From Erysipelotrichaceae bacterium (lineage in GTDB: Bacteria; Bacillota_I; Bacilli_A; Erysipelotrichales; Erysipelotrichaceae), in assembly GCA_030604855.1 (NCBI GenBank), contig JAUVVC010000004.1:120001-152000 (forward strand): a stretch of DNA of 32,000 nt, read 5' to 3'. Position 1 is the stretch's first letter. Each line of letters opens with the position of its first letter. This document shows, piece after piece, positions 24,160 through 32,000 of this stretch. The position numbers were made by a program, and so were the translations under genes. The notes beneath the pieces are model-generated. The model saw only the letters and a program-made list of their open reading frames with translations. It was not told the DNA's origin and did not search any database.

Positions 24160-24175
24160 ATGACAGGGGTGTCAT
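24160..24175. promoter_or_regulatory. Perfect 6-4-6 palindrome ATGACA-GGGG-TGTCAT, candidate TetR operator
   Basis: It sits between the -10 box and the tetR ATG at 24177, covering the expected transcription start and the RBS. Confidence 0.5.
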
Positions 24176-24176
24176 A

Positions 24177-24779
24177 ATGGCAAAACCAACTTACTATAAT
24201 TTGGAAAAGGATAAACAAGACCGCTTAGTGGATGCGTGTATGGAAGAGTTCAGTCGTTACACCTTCAGCGATGCATCCATCAACCGCATCATCAAAAGAG
24301 CTGAAATCTCACGAGGCAGTTTCTATCAATACTTCGAAGACAAAGAAGATTGTTATTTGGAGATGTTGGGCATCATCGCACAAGAGAAGTATCGAATCTT
24401 CAAGGATGTGGTGCAGACTGAAGCTCAAAACGTCTTTGAGGCTTACTTGAATATGTTGCGTCAAGTCAAACTTTGGATGGAAGCTCAACCTCGGTATTAC
24501 AAAATCGGTGTCTTGATGGAGTTGGATAAAAGCAGTTTCATTCAGAAGTTGATCAAGCAGAATCCTGGCATGATGGAATACTTCTTGAGTCTGATTCGCA
24601 AGGACCAACAGAATGGCATCATCCGACCGGATGTGGATCCACAGTTGCTCAGTGATATGTTGATTGGAATCAACCAAAAACTACTCATGGAACATTTCGT
24701 GAATAAAGATTACGACAGAATGATTGAAGCTTCAGAAGCAGTATTGGATTTATTACAAAAGGGAACGAGGGTTCGTTAA
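24177..24779 (+). CDS. TetR/AcrR family transcriptional regulator
   Basis: N-terminal HTH block FSDASINRIIKRAEISRGSFYQYFEDKEDCY, at a typical 200-aa length. Confidence 0.92.
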   Translation: MAKPTYYNLEKDKQDRLVDACMEEFSRYTFSDASINRIIKRAEISRGSFYQYFEDKEDCYLEMLGIIAQEKYRIFKDVVQTEAQNVFEAYLNMLRQVKLWMEAQPRYYKIGVLMELDKSSFIQKLIKQNPGMMEYFLSLIRKDQQNGIIRPDVDPQLLSDMLIGINQKLLMEHFVNKDYDRMIEASEAVLDLLQKGTRVR

Positions 24780-24788
24780 GGAGCGTGT

Positions 24789-25646
24789 ATGTTTACTGTA
24801 AAAGATTTGGTGTTCAAGTATCCAAAGAATACGGAGGATACGATCAAAGGCATTGATTTTGAAATAAAACAAGGTGAGATATTTGGCTTCTTAGGACCAA
24901 GTGGAGCTGGTAAGACAACCACACAGAAGTTGTTGGTTAAACTTTTGCCTTATGAAATCGGTGAGATCCGTTTTGATGGCAAAGATCTTCATTCATTTAA
25001 TGATGTGTTCTATGAAGACATTGGGGTTTGTTTTGAAATGCCGATTTCGTTTTCGAAGTTGACGGCCATGGAGAATTTGGATTTCTTCCAGAAGTTGTAT
25101 AAGAACCATGCGGAAATCCAACCCCTTATGGAACGTGTTGGCTTATGGGAAGATAAAGATAAATTGGTTGGAGAGTATTCTAAAGGGATGAAGATTCGTT
25201 TGAATCTGGTTCGGGCTTTATTGAATAAACCAAAGATGTTGTTTTTAGATGAACCCACCAATGGTTTGGATCCTAAGAATGCACGCATCGTCAAGGATAT
25301 GATTCGTGAGTTTGCCCATAATGGGGGGACAGTGTTCTTGACCTCGCATATCATGAGTGATGTGGATGAGTTGTGTGATCGCGTTGCCTTCATCACGGAT
25401 GGGAAAATCGAAGAGATCGATAGTCCGCGTAACTTGAAAATCAAATATGGTCAACGGACTGTAACGGTTGAATACAAAGAAGATAATCAAACCAAAGTGA
25501 AACAATACACGATGGATGAAATCAAAACTGATGCATTTGCAGAGTTGGTGCGTACGAAGGAAATTGAAACAATACACAGTGGTGAAACCACCTTGGAAGA
25601 AATCTTTATCCAAGTGACGGGAGTGAAGCTACATGGCGAAGATTAA
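24789..25646 (+). CDS. ABC transporter ATP-binding protein
   Basis: Walker A GPSGAGKTTT, signature-like YSKGMKIRL, Walker B MLFLDEPTNGLD and H-loop TSHIM. An AAGGAG RBS overlaps the tetR stop. Confidence 0.93.
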   Translation: MFTVKDLVFKYPKNTEDTIKGIDFEIKQGEIFGFLGPSGAGKTTTQKLLVKLLPYEIGEIRFDGKDLHSFNDVFYEDIGVCFEMPISFSKLTAMENLDFFQKLYKNHAEIQPLMERVGLWEDKDKLVGEYSKGMKIRLNLVRALLNKPKMLFLDEPTNGLDPKNARIVKDMIREFAHNGGTVFLTSHIMSDVDELCDRVAFITDGKIEEIDSPRNLKIKYGQRTVTVEYKEDNQTKVKQYTMDEIKTDAFAELVRTKEIETIHSGETTLEEIFIQVTGVKLHGED

Positions 25647-26361
25647 GCATTTGGTTCTGGGTGAATTCACACGTCTAGCAAAGTACAATCTCTTTACCGC
25701 ATCCCTGGTGGTGGCGCTGGTATGGGTTGTGATGGGCGCGTTTCTTGAGTTGGATGAGTTCAAGAGCTTTCTTCCCTTTGTCTTCCTGATGGAGACCTCC
25801 GCAATGACTTCGTTGTTGGTTGGGGCTGAGATGTTCTATGAGAAGAAGGAACATACCATCAGTTCGATGTTGATATCACCCATGTCGGAGTTTGAGTACA
25901 TCGTCAGCAAGATATGGGTCAATATCCTGAATATCGCCATTATCTTTGTTATTATTGGGGCATCGATGTATTTCTTGAAGGATTATTTGTTTAACTTTCA
26001 ATGGTTGTTTCTAGGGCTTGTTCTGGTCACGAGCTTCTATGTGTTCATCGGGATTCTTTTGAGTTATATATCAAAGGATTTTACGGCATTGTTATTAAAC
26101 TACATGGTCATGATGATCGTCTTGGTTCTACCCAGCATTGGTGTTGTTATGGGCTTACTGCCAGAGTCGACTTTGGAGTACATCTATTGGTCACCAACTG
26201 AAGTGACCTTGCGCATCTTAAGTGCTTCTTTCTTAGATTCCGTTGATTTGGTACAGTATTTAAAAGATGCGGTTTATATCACTTTGGTGAGTTTATTGAT
26301 GCTTCGATATGGGGTTCTGCCTTATTTCAAAGCCTATGCGACGAAAGACTTGGGGGTGTGA
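25633..26361 (+). CDS. ABC-2 type exporter permease (subunit 1)
   Basis: Six predicted TM segments. 14-nt overlap with the ATPase gene, with GGGAG upstream. Confidence 0.8.
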   Translation: MAKIKHLVLGEFTRLAKYNLFTASLVVALVWVVMGAFLELDEFKSFLPFVFLMETSAMTSLLVGAEMFYEKKEHTISSMLISPMSEFEYIVSKIWVNILNIAIIFVIIGASMYFLKDYLFNFQWLFLGLVLVTSFYVFIGILLSYISKDFTALLLNYMVMMIVLVLPSIGVVMGLLPESTLEYIYWSPTEVTLRILSASFLDSVDLVQYLKDAVYITLVSLLMLRYGVLPYFKAYATKDLGV

Positions 26362-26362
26362 C

Positions 26363-27085
26363 ATGTTTGCACGTTTAATCAAGTTTGAACTGAAGAATCT
26401 GATTCGTGATCGGATGACCGCAATGTTGCTGGCGTATCCCTTGATGGTTGGTTTCTTAGGGAAATATCTCTTTGAGAATGAAACCTTTGATGAGAATGGC
26501 ATTCGCATCATGATTGTAGCTTTAAGCATCGTATCCGGTGTCATCTTTGGTTCGATGTCAGGGTTTTCAATCTTGGATGACCGCGATGATCATGTCTTTG
26601 TATCAATCCGTATCTCTCCTTTGGACATTCGCATCTATGTCTGGATGAAGGTTATCTTTGTCTACATCATGAGTGTATTCTCCAACCTCTTGATTTACTG
26701 GATCGTAGGTGGATTTGGGATTAATCTTTGGTTGTATGTGATCATATCGATGTTGTTGGCGATGCAGGTCCCCATACATGCCTTTATCGTCAATGCTTTG
26801 GCAACCAATAAGGTTGAGGGGTTCATGGCGATGAAAGGATCTGGGTTCTTGATGATTTTTCCGATTGGAGCGTTGTTTTTCTTGGATTGGAAGGAATGGT
26901 TGTTCGCATTGGCGCCTGCGTTCTGGGGGGCGAAGGCGGTTCAATACGAACTGTTGAAACCAGCGATCGATTTGGGTTTGATTGAGATGAATCTCAGTAC
27001 ATTTATCTATTTAGGCATTGGATTTATCTATAACATCGTTCTGATTGCGGTGTTGTATAAAGTCTTTGAAAAGAAAGCACTATAA
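26363..27085 (+). CDS. ABC-2 type exporter permease (subunit 2)
   Basis: The start MFARLIKFELKNL lies 1 nt after the upstream stop; the track start at 26309 was rejected as an overlap extension. Six predicted TM segments. Confidence 0.8.
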   Translation: MFARLIKFELKNLIRDRMTAMLLAYPLMVGFLGKYLFENETFDENGIRIMIVALSIVSGVIFGSMSGFSILDDRDDHVFVSIRISPLDIRIYVWMKVIFVYIMSVFSNLLIYWIVGGFGINLWLYVIISMLLAMQVPIHAFIVNALATNKVEGFMAMKGSGFLMIFPIGALFFLDWKEWLFALAPAFWGAKAVQYELLKPAIDLGLIEMNLSTFIYLGIGFIYNIVLIAVLYKVFEKKAL

Positions 27086-27097
27086 AAGGAGGACAGT

Positions 27098-27292
27098 ATG
27101 AATTGGTTGGCTATTTTCTTCTTTGTTGTGGCAGTTGTTTATCTGGTGGCTTATTTTGTTGAGATGCCCATCTTCTACGAAGGGAATCCAAAAACACGTT
27201 TCTTTATTGAGAAGTTGGGGAAGAAGGGTTATAAACTGCTCTTACTCGTATTTGCTGGGATCTTCCTGGTATTGGCTTTCATCTTTAAGTAG
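27098..27292 (+). CDS. Small (64-aa) two-TM membrane protein, last gene of the TetR-ABC operon
   Basis: An AAAGGAGG RBS lies 5 nt upstream. Two hydrophobic helices flank a basic loop (KTRFFIEKLGKKGYK). A terminator follows directly. Confidence 0.6.
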   Translation: MNWLAIFFFVVAVVYLVAYFVEMPIFYEGNPKTRFFIEKLGKKGYKLLLLVFAGIFLVLAFIFK

Positions 27293-27297
27293 ACTTA

Positions 27298-27320
27298 AGA
27301 ACCAGCTTGTCTGGTTTTTA
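27298..27320 (+). terminator. Intrinsic terminator of the TetR-ABC operon
   Basis: AGAACCAG-CTTGT-CTGGTTTTT lies 6 nt after the stop. Confidence 0.7.
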
Positions 27321-27372
27321 ATTGTTTCTTGTGAAGTTTTTGATAAACCACATCATAATTGTTTTATATGTC

Positions 27373-27400
27373 TTGACATTGAATCTTATTCCCATATAAT
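27373..27400 (+). promoter_or_regulatory. Near-consensus sigma-A promoter (TTGACA-16-TATAAT) for DUF1934-argS
   Basis: TTGACA at 27373-27378 and TATAAT at 27395-27400. The AAGGA RBS is at 27411 and the ATG at 27425. Confidence 0.6.
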
Positions 27401-27424
27401 CTTTTCAGGTAAGGACGGTTATGG

Positions 27425-27820
27425 ATGTCTGAAAGAATCGTAAAACTAAAACTTAATTTGATTGATTGCTTAGATAATGACGCAATAAATACGCAAACGA
27501 TGTTTGGGACGATCACAGAGAATCCCAAGCGCATCACTTATATTGAAGAAGATGACAATACTGAGGTGGAGCTGCTTGTTTTAGAGAATGAGTTGCACTT
27601 GAAACGTCAGTATGATGGAACGACCAAAATCAGTTTTTATTTGGACAAACAAGGTCAATTCGAAATCAAGGATGAACAAGGAAGTTTCAGCGGTACCGTT
27701 AAGACCTTGAAAATATTGCAACAAAACGATCTCATCTATGTACACTATCGTTTGTACGCAAACGATGATTTAATTACTGAACAGAAATTGGAATTAAGCA
27801 TTCAGGAGGCCAAAGCATGA
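27425..27820 (+). CDS. DUF1934-family beta-barrel protein (YwiB-like)
   Basis: The size, the beta-rich alternating sequence and the position immediately upstream of argS (ATGA overlap) match Bacillus ywiB-argS. The assignment is partly by synteny. Confidence 0.75.
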   Translation: MSERIVKLKLNLIDCLDNDAINTQTMFGTITENPKRITYIEEDDNTEVELLVLENELHLKRQYDGTTKISFYLDKQGQFEIKDEQGSFSGTVKTLKILQQNDLIYVHYRLYANDDLITEQKLELSIQEAKA

Positions 27821-29451
27821 ATCAAATCGAACATGGACTCAAAACCAATCTCATTCAAGCTGTGAAGCTTGCTTTTGATGTCGAACTGACATTGGAAGAT
27901 GTGGTGATTGAAATACCGAAGTTGAAGGAACATGGGGATTATTCGACCAATGTGGCGATGCGTCTTACTAAACAACTTCGTAGTAATCCACGCATGATTG
28001 CACAAACCATCATGGATAAAGTCAATGTTTCTTCCATTGAAAAGATGGAGATTGCAGGCGCTGGATTCATCAACTTCTTTATGAAGAAAGAATTGTTGAC
28101 GCAAGTTATCTCAAGTGTCCTTGATCAAGACGATGCTTATGGTTTGAGTTCAGAAAAAAACGGCATCAAGATCAATGTGGAATATGTATCCGCAAATCCT
28201 ACGGGTGATTTACATCCAGGACATGCACGTGGAGCTGCCATCGGTGATTCCTTGACACGGATCATGAAGGCTGCAGGCTATGATGTGACCCGTGAGTACT
28301 ACTTGAACGATGCGGGCAATCAGATCAACAACATGGCAAAATCCTTACAGGCACGCTACTTACAGCACTGTGGACTTGATATCGCGGTTCCTGAAGATGG
28401 TTACCATGGTAAGGATCTCATAGAAATTGCGGATGACTTGTATCAAGAAGTTCAAGAAGCATATAAAGATTTACCTTTAGAAGAAACATTACCTATTTTC
28501 AGGAAATATGGTTTGGAAAAAGAAACGGATAAACTACGCGATGACTTGAAGTTGTTTAGAGTGGAATTCGATGTATGGACCAGTGAACAGTCCTTGTACG
28601 ATCGTGGTTTGGTTCAGAAGACCCTCGATACTTTGATTAAGAATGGACATACCTTTGAATCAGAAGGGGCGCTCTGGTTGCGGACAACGGATTATGGAGA
28701 CGATAAGGATCGTGTTCTGATCAAGTCTGATGGTTCGTATACCTACATTCTTCCTGATATCGCATATCACTTAAATAAAAAAGAACGTGGCTTTGATAAA
28801 CTCATCAACTTGTTGGGAGCGGACCATCATGGTTATATCCCTCGTCTTCAAGCAGCATTCATGAGCTTAGGTTATGAGCGTGAAGATTTGAGTGTCGATA
28901 TCATACAAATGGCGCGAATGATCAAAGATGGGGTTGAATTCAAGATGAGTAAGCGTACCGGTAAAGCGGTTGCGTTGAAGGATTTGATTGATGAGGCTGG
29001 TGTGGATGCCGTTCGTTATTACTTCGTTTCCAAGGCTGGGGATACCCATATGGACTTGGATTTGGATATGGCTACTTCACAAAGCAATGATAATCCTGTA
29101 TATTATGCTCAATATGCGCATGCAAGGATGTGTTCAATCTTGCGTCAAGCAGAAGTGAGCGCATGTTCATCATACGATTTATTGATTCATGACAAAGAAA
29201 TGGATTTGTTGAAACAGTTAGCGGATTACCCACAAATGATTCAAGATGCGGCCAAGATACGCCAGCCTCACATCGTTTGTTTGTATATTCATAAGTTAGC
29301 GGCAAGTTTCCATTCTTTCTATAACGAATGTACGGTATTACATGCAGAAGGTGATTTACGAGCACAGCGTTTGGCTTTGGTCAAAGCGGTACAAATCACA
29401 CTGCGCAATGCGTTGACTTTAATCGGGGTTAGTGCTTTAGAAAAAATGTAG
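27817..29451 (+). CDS. argS: Arginine--tRNA ligase
   Basis: The HIGH-type motif is SANPTGDLHPGHARGAAIGD and the MSKRTG block is the KMSKS equivalent. The C-terminal anticodon-binding domain has YAQYAHARMCSILR. Confidence 0.97.
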   Translation: MNQIEHGLKTNLIQAVKLAFDVELTLEDVVIEIPKLKEHGDYSTNVAMRLTKQLRSNPRMIAQTIMDKVNVSSIEKMEIAGAGFINFFMKKELLTQVISSVLDQDDAYGLSSEKNGIKINVEYVSANPTGDLHPGHARGAAIGDSLTRIMKAAGYDVTREYYLNDAGNQINNMAKSLQARYLQHCGLDIAVPEDGYHGKDLIEIADDLYQEVQEAYKDLPLEETLPIFRKYGLEKETDKLRDDLKLFRVEFDVWTSEQSLYDRGLVQKTLDTLIKNGHTFESEGALWLRTTDYGDDKDRVLIKSDGSYTYILPDIAYHLNKKERGFDKLINLLGADHHGYIPRLQAAFMSLGYEREDLSVDIIQMARMIKDGVEFKMSKRTGKAVALKDLIDEAGVDAVRYYFVSKAGDTHMDLDLDMATSQSNDNPVYYAQYAHARMCSILRQAEVSACSSYDLLIHDKEMDLLKQLADYPQMIQDAAKIRQPHIVCLYIHKLAASFHSFYNECTVLHAEGDLRAQRLALVKAVQITLRNALTLIGVSALEKM

Positions 29452-29461
29452 GGGAGGACTT

Positions 29462-29809
29462 ATGACGAGTCGATCGATGTTGGATGTGGCGTTTGAAACG
29501 CTGAGTTTACAAAAGAATGAAATGGCTTTCTTGGATTTATGGAATCATGTGGTCGCATCTTTGGGTTTCAATCAAACTCAAGCAGAAAACAAAATCGCAC
29601 AGTTTTACTCTGCGATGATGTTGGATGTGCGCTTTGCTCCTTTGGCGGATAACATGTGGGATCTACGTTCACGTCGGACTTACAATGAAACGCATGTGGA
29701 CACAAGCTCGATCCTAGTTGAAGATGAATATGTGAGTGATGATGAGATCGATGACTATCTGAATGCGGAAGATGAAGATGTCAAGACGCAAGAAGAAGAG
29801 GAAGAGTAG
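29462..29809 (+). CDS. rpoE: DNA-directed RNA polymerase delta subunit
   Basis: The N-terminal HARE-HTH-like block is MLDVAFETL...FLDLWNHV...IAQFYSAMMLDVRFAPLADNMWDLR. The C-terminal tail is strongly acidic (DDEIDDYLNAEDEDVKTQEEEEE). Its position upstream of pyrG matches Bacillus. Confidence 0.9.
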   Translation: MTSRSMLDVAFETLSLQKNEMAFLDLWNHVVASLGFNQTQAENKIAQFYSAMMLDVRFAPLADNMWDLRSRRTYNETHVDTSSILVEDEYVSDDEIDDYLNAEDEDVKTQEEEEE

Positions 29810-29816
29810 ATTTTCA

Positions 29817-29845
29817 TTGAATTCATAAAGACACTTTGATAGAAT
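29817..29845 (+). promoter_or_regulatory. pyrG promoter (TTGAAT-17-TAGAAT with TG extension)
   Basis: TTGAAT at 29817-29822, TG at 29837-29838 and TAGAAT at 29840-29845. The predicted start falls on GGGC at 29852-29855. Confidence 0.55.
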
Positions 29846-29850
29846 ATTAA

Positions 29851-31516
<1,666 letters not shown>

Positions 31517-31518
<2 letters not shown>

Positions 31519-31539
31519 CAGGCCTCGTGCCTGTTTTTG
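31517..31539 (+). terminator. Intrinsic terminator after pyrG
   Basis: ACAGGC-CTCGT-GCCTGT followed by TTTT, overlapping the stop codon. Confidence 0.8.
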
Positions 31540-31565
31540 CTTGCAGTGACGGATGTTTGTGAGTA

Positions 31566-31574
31566 TGCTAAAAT
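31566..31574 (+). promoter_or_regulatory. Extended -10 element (TGcTAAAAT) upstream of murA
   Basis: TGCTAAAAT at 31566-31574, GGAGAA at 31581-31586 and the ATG at 31593. Confidence 0.4.
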
Positions 31575-31592
31575 AGCTATGGAGAATCAACT

Positions 31593-32000
31593 ATGGAAGA
31601 AGTCATCAAAATCGAAGGTGGTCAGAAATTAAAGGGAAGTGTGCGCATCAGTGGTTCAAAGAATGCGACCGTTGCCTTGATTCCTGCCAGTATTCTAGCA
31701 ACTAAAGGTAAAGTCAATATTTTCGGTGTTCCGAACATTTCGGATGTGGGACATTTGAGTCAACTCTTAAGAAGTTTGAATGTGGATGTCATCCAACACG
31801 ACAATGAACATTTGGAGATTGATCCAAGTGTCATGGTCAATATCGCTTTGGATCATCCAGCCGTTACGAAGTTACGTGCATCCTATTATTTCATGGGCGC
31901 ACTATTAGGTCGTTATAAGCAAGTAAATATGAAAATGCCTGGGGGTTGTTACTTGGGTCCTAGACCGATTGATCTACATCTCAAGGGCTTTGAAGCCTTG
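31593..32000 (+). CDS. murA: UDP-N-acetylglucosamine 1-carboxyvinyltransferase, N-terminal 136 aa (3' end outside the window)
   Basis: My own translation, since this ORF is not in the track because it has no stop: MEEVIKIEGGQKLKGSVRISGSKNATVALIPASIL...KLRASYYFMGALLGR...PGGCYLGPRPIDLHLKGFEAL. The active-site Cys in PGGC is present. Confidence 0.93.
   Translation, partial: MEEVIKIEGGQKLKGSVRISGSKNATVALIPASILATKGKVNIFGVPNISDVGHLSQLLRSLNVDVIQHDNEHLEIDPSVMVNIALDHPAVTKLRASYYFMGALLGRYKQVNMKMPGGCYLGPRPIDLHLKGFEAL

Noticed and set aside
25010-25613. 144-aa and 122-aa minus-strand ORFs inside the ABC ATPase gene
   Set aside because: They are antisense to a CDS with intact Walker A, Walker B and H-loop, and there is no supporting signal.
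27293-27424. Looked for a T-box riboswitch or other leader RNA upstream of the DUF1934-argS operon
   Set aside because: The spacer is only 132 nt, and a terminator and a near-consensus promoter take up most of it. About 18-25 nt of leader remain. There is no T-box consensus (AGGGUGGNACCGCG-like) and no specifier-loop architecture.
27123-27443. 106-aa alternate-frame ORF spanning the small membrane protein gene and the downstream intergenic region
   Set aside because: It reads through a terminator hairpin and a promoter and has no RBS. The overlapping 64-aa frame has a consensus RBS and clear TM helices.

Overview
This window is a compact, almost fully coding stretch of core chromosome from a low-GC Gram-positive bacterium (Bacillota). 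Local gene order is Bacillus-like: CYTH/yjbK-nadK, mutS-mutL-miaA, DUF951-ychF-darA, DUF1934-argS and rpoE-pyrG-murA. The tight packing, with many ATGA start/stop overlaps, suggests a streamlined genome; a finer lineage call would be a guess. I call 35 CDS, two of them cut by the window edges (fhs at the 5' end, murA at the 3' end). I also call several sigma-A-type promoters, six intrinsic terminators/attenuators and one internal tandem duplication. I found no rRNA, tRNA, CRISPR array, transposase, integrase or phage genes. All protein identifications rest on motif recognition from the supplied translations, because no searches could be run. I see no convincing multi-gene novel system here; most of the window is ordinary housekeeping DNA. 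The leads worth a second look are: (1) an orphan 325-aa protein with a PUA-like N-domain, of the kind normally fused to HNH nucleases, plus an unassignable C-terminal half; (2) an orphan MoaD/ThiS-like 80-aa protein ending in Gly-Gly, sitting between arsC and zupT with no E1, MoaE or ThiG partner; (3) a probably highly expressed, internally duplicated Ala-rich lipoprotein that looks like a PplA-type tandem FMN-binding module with a non-canonical flavinylation motif; (4) a PTS EIICB homologue that appears to have lost its catalytic residues in both domains; (5) a pyrG leader with the GGGC start and terminator geometry of the Bacillus CTP-sensing reiterative-transcription attenuator; and (6) three genes with a TATAAT box 6-9 nt from the ATG and no Shine-Dalgarno, which suggests leaderless mRNAs.
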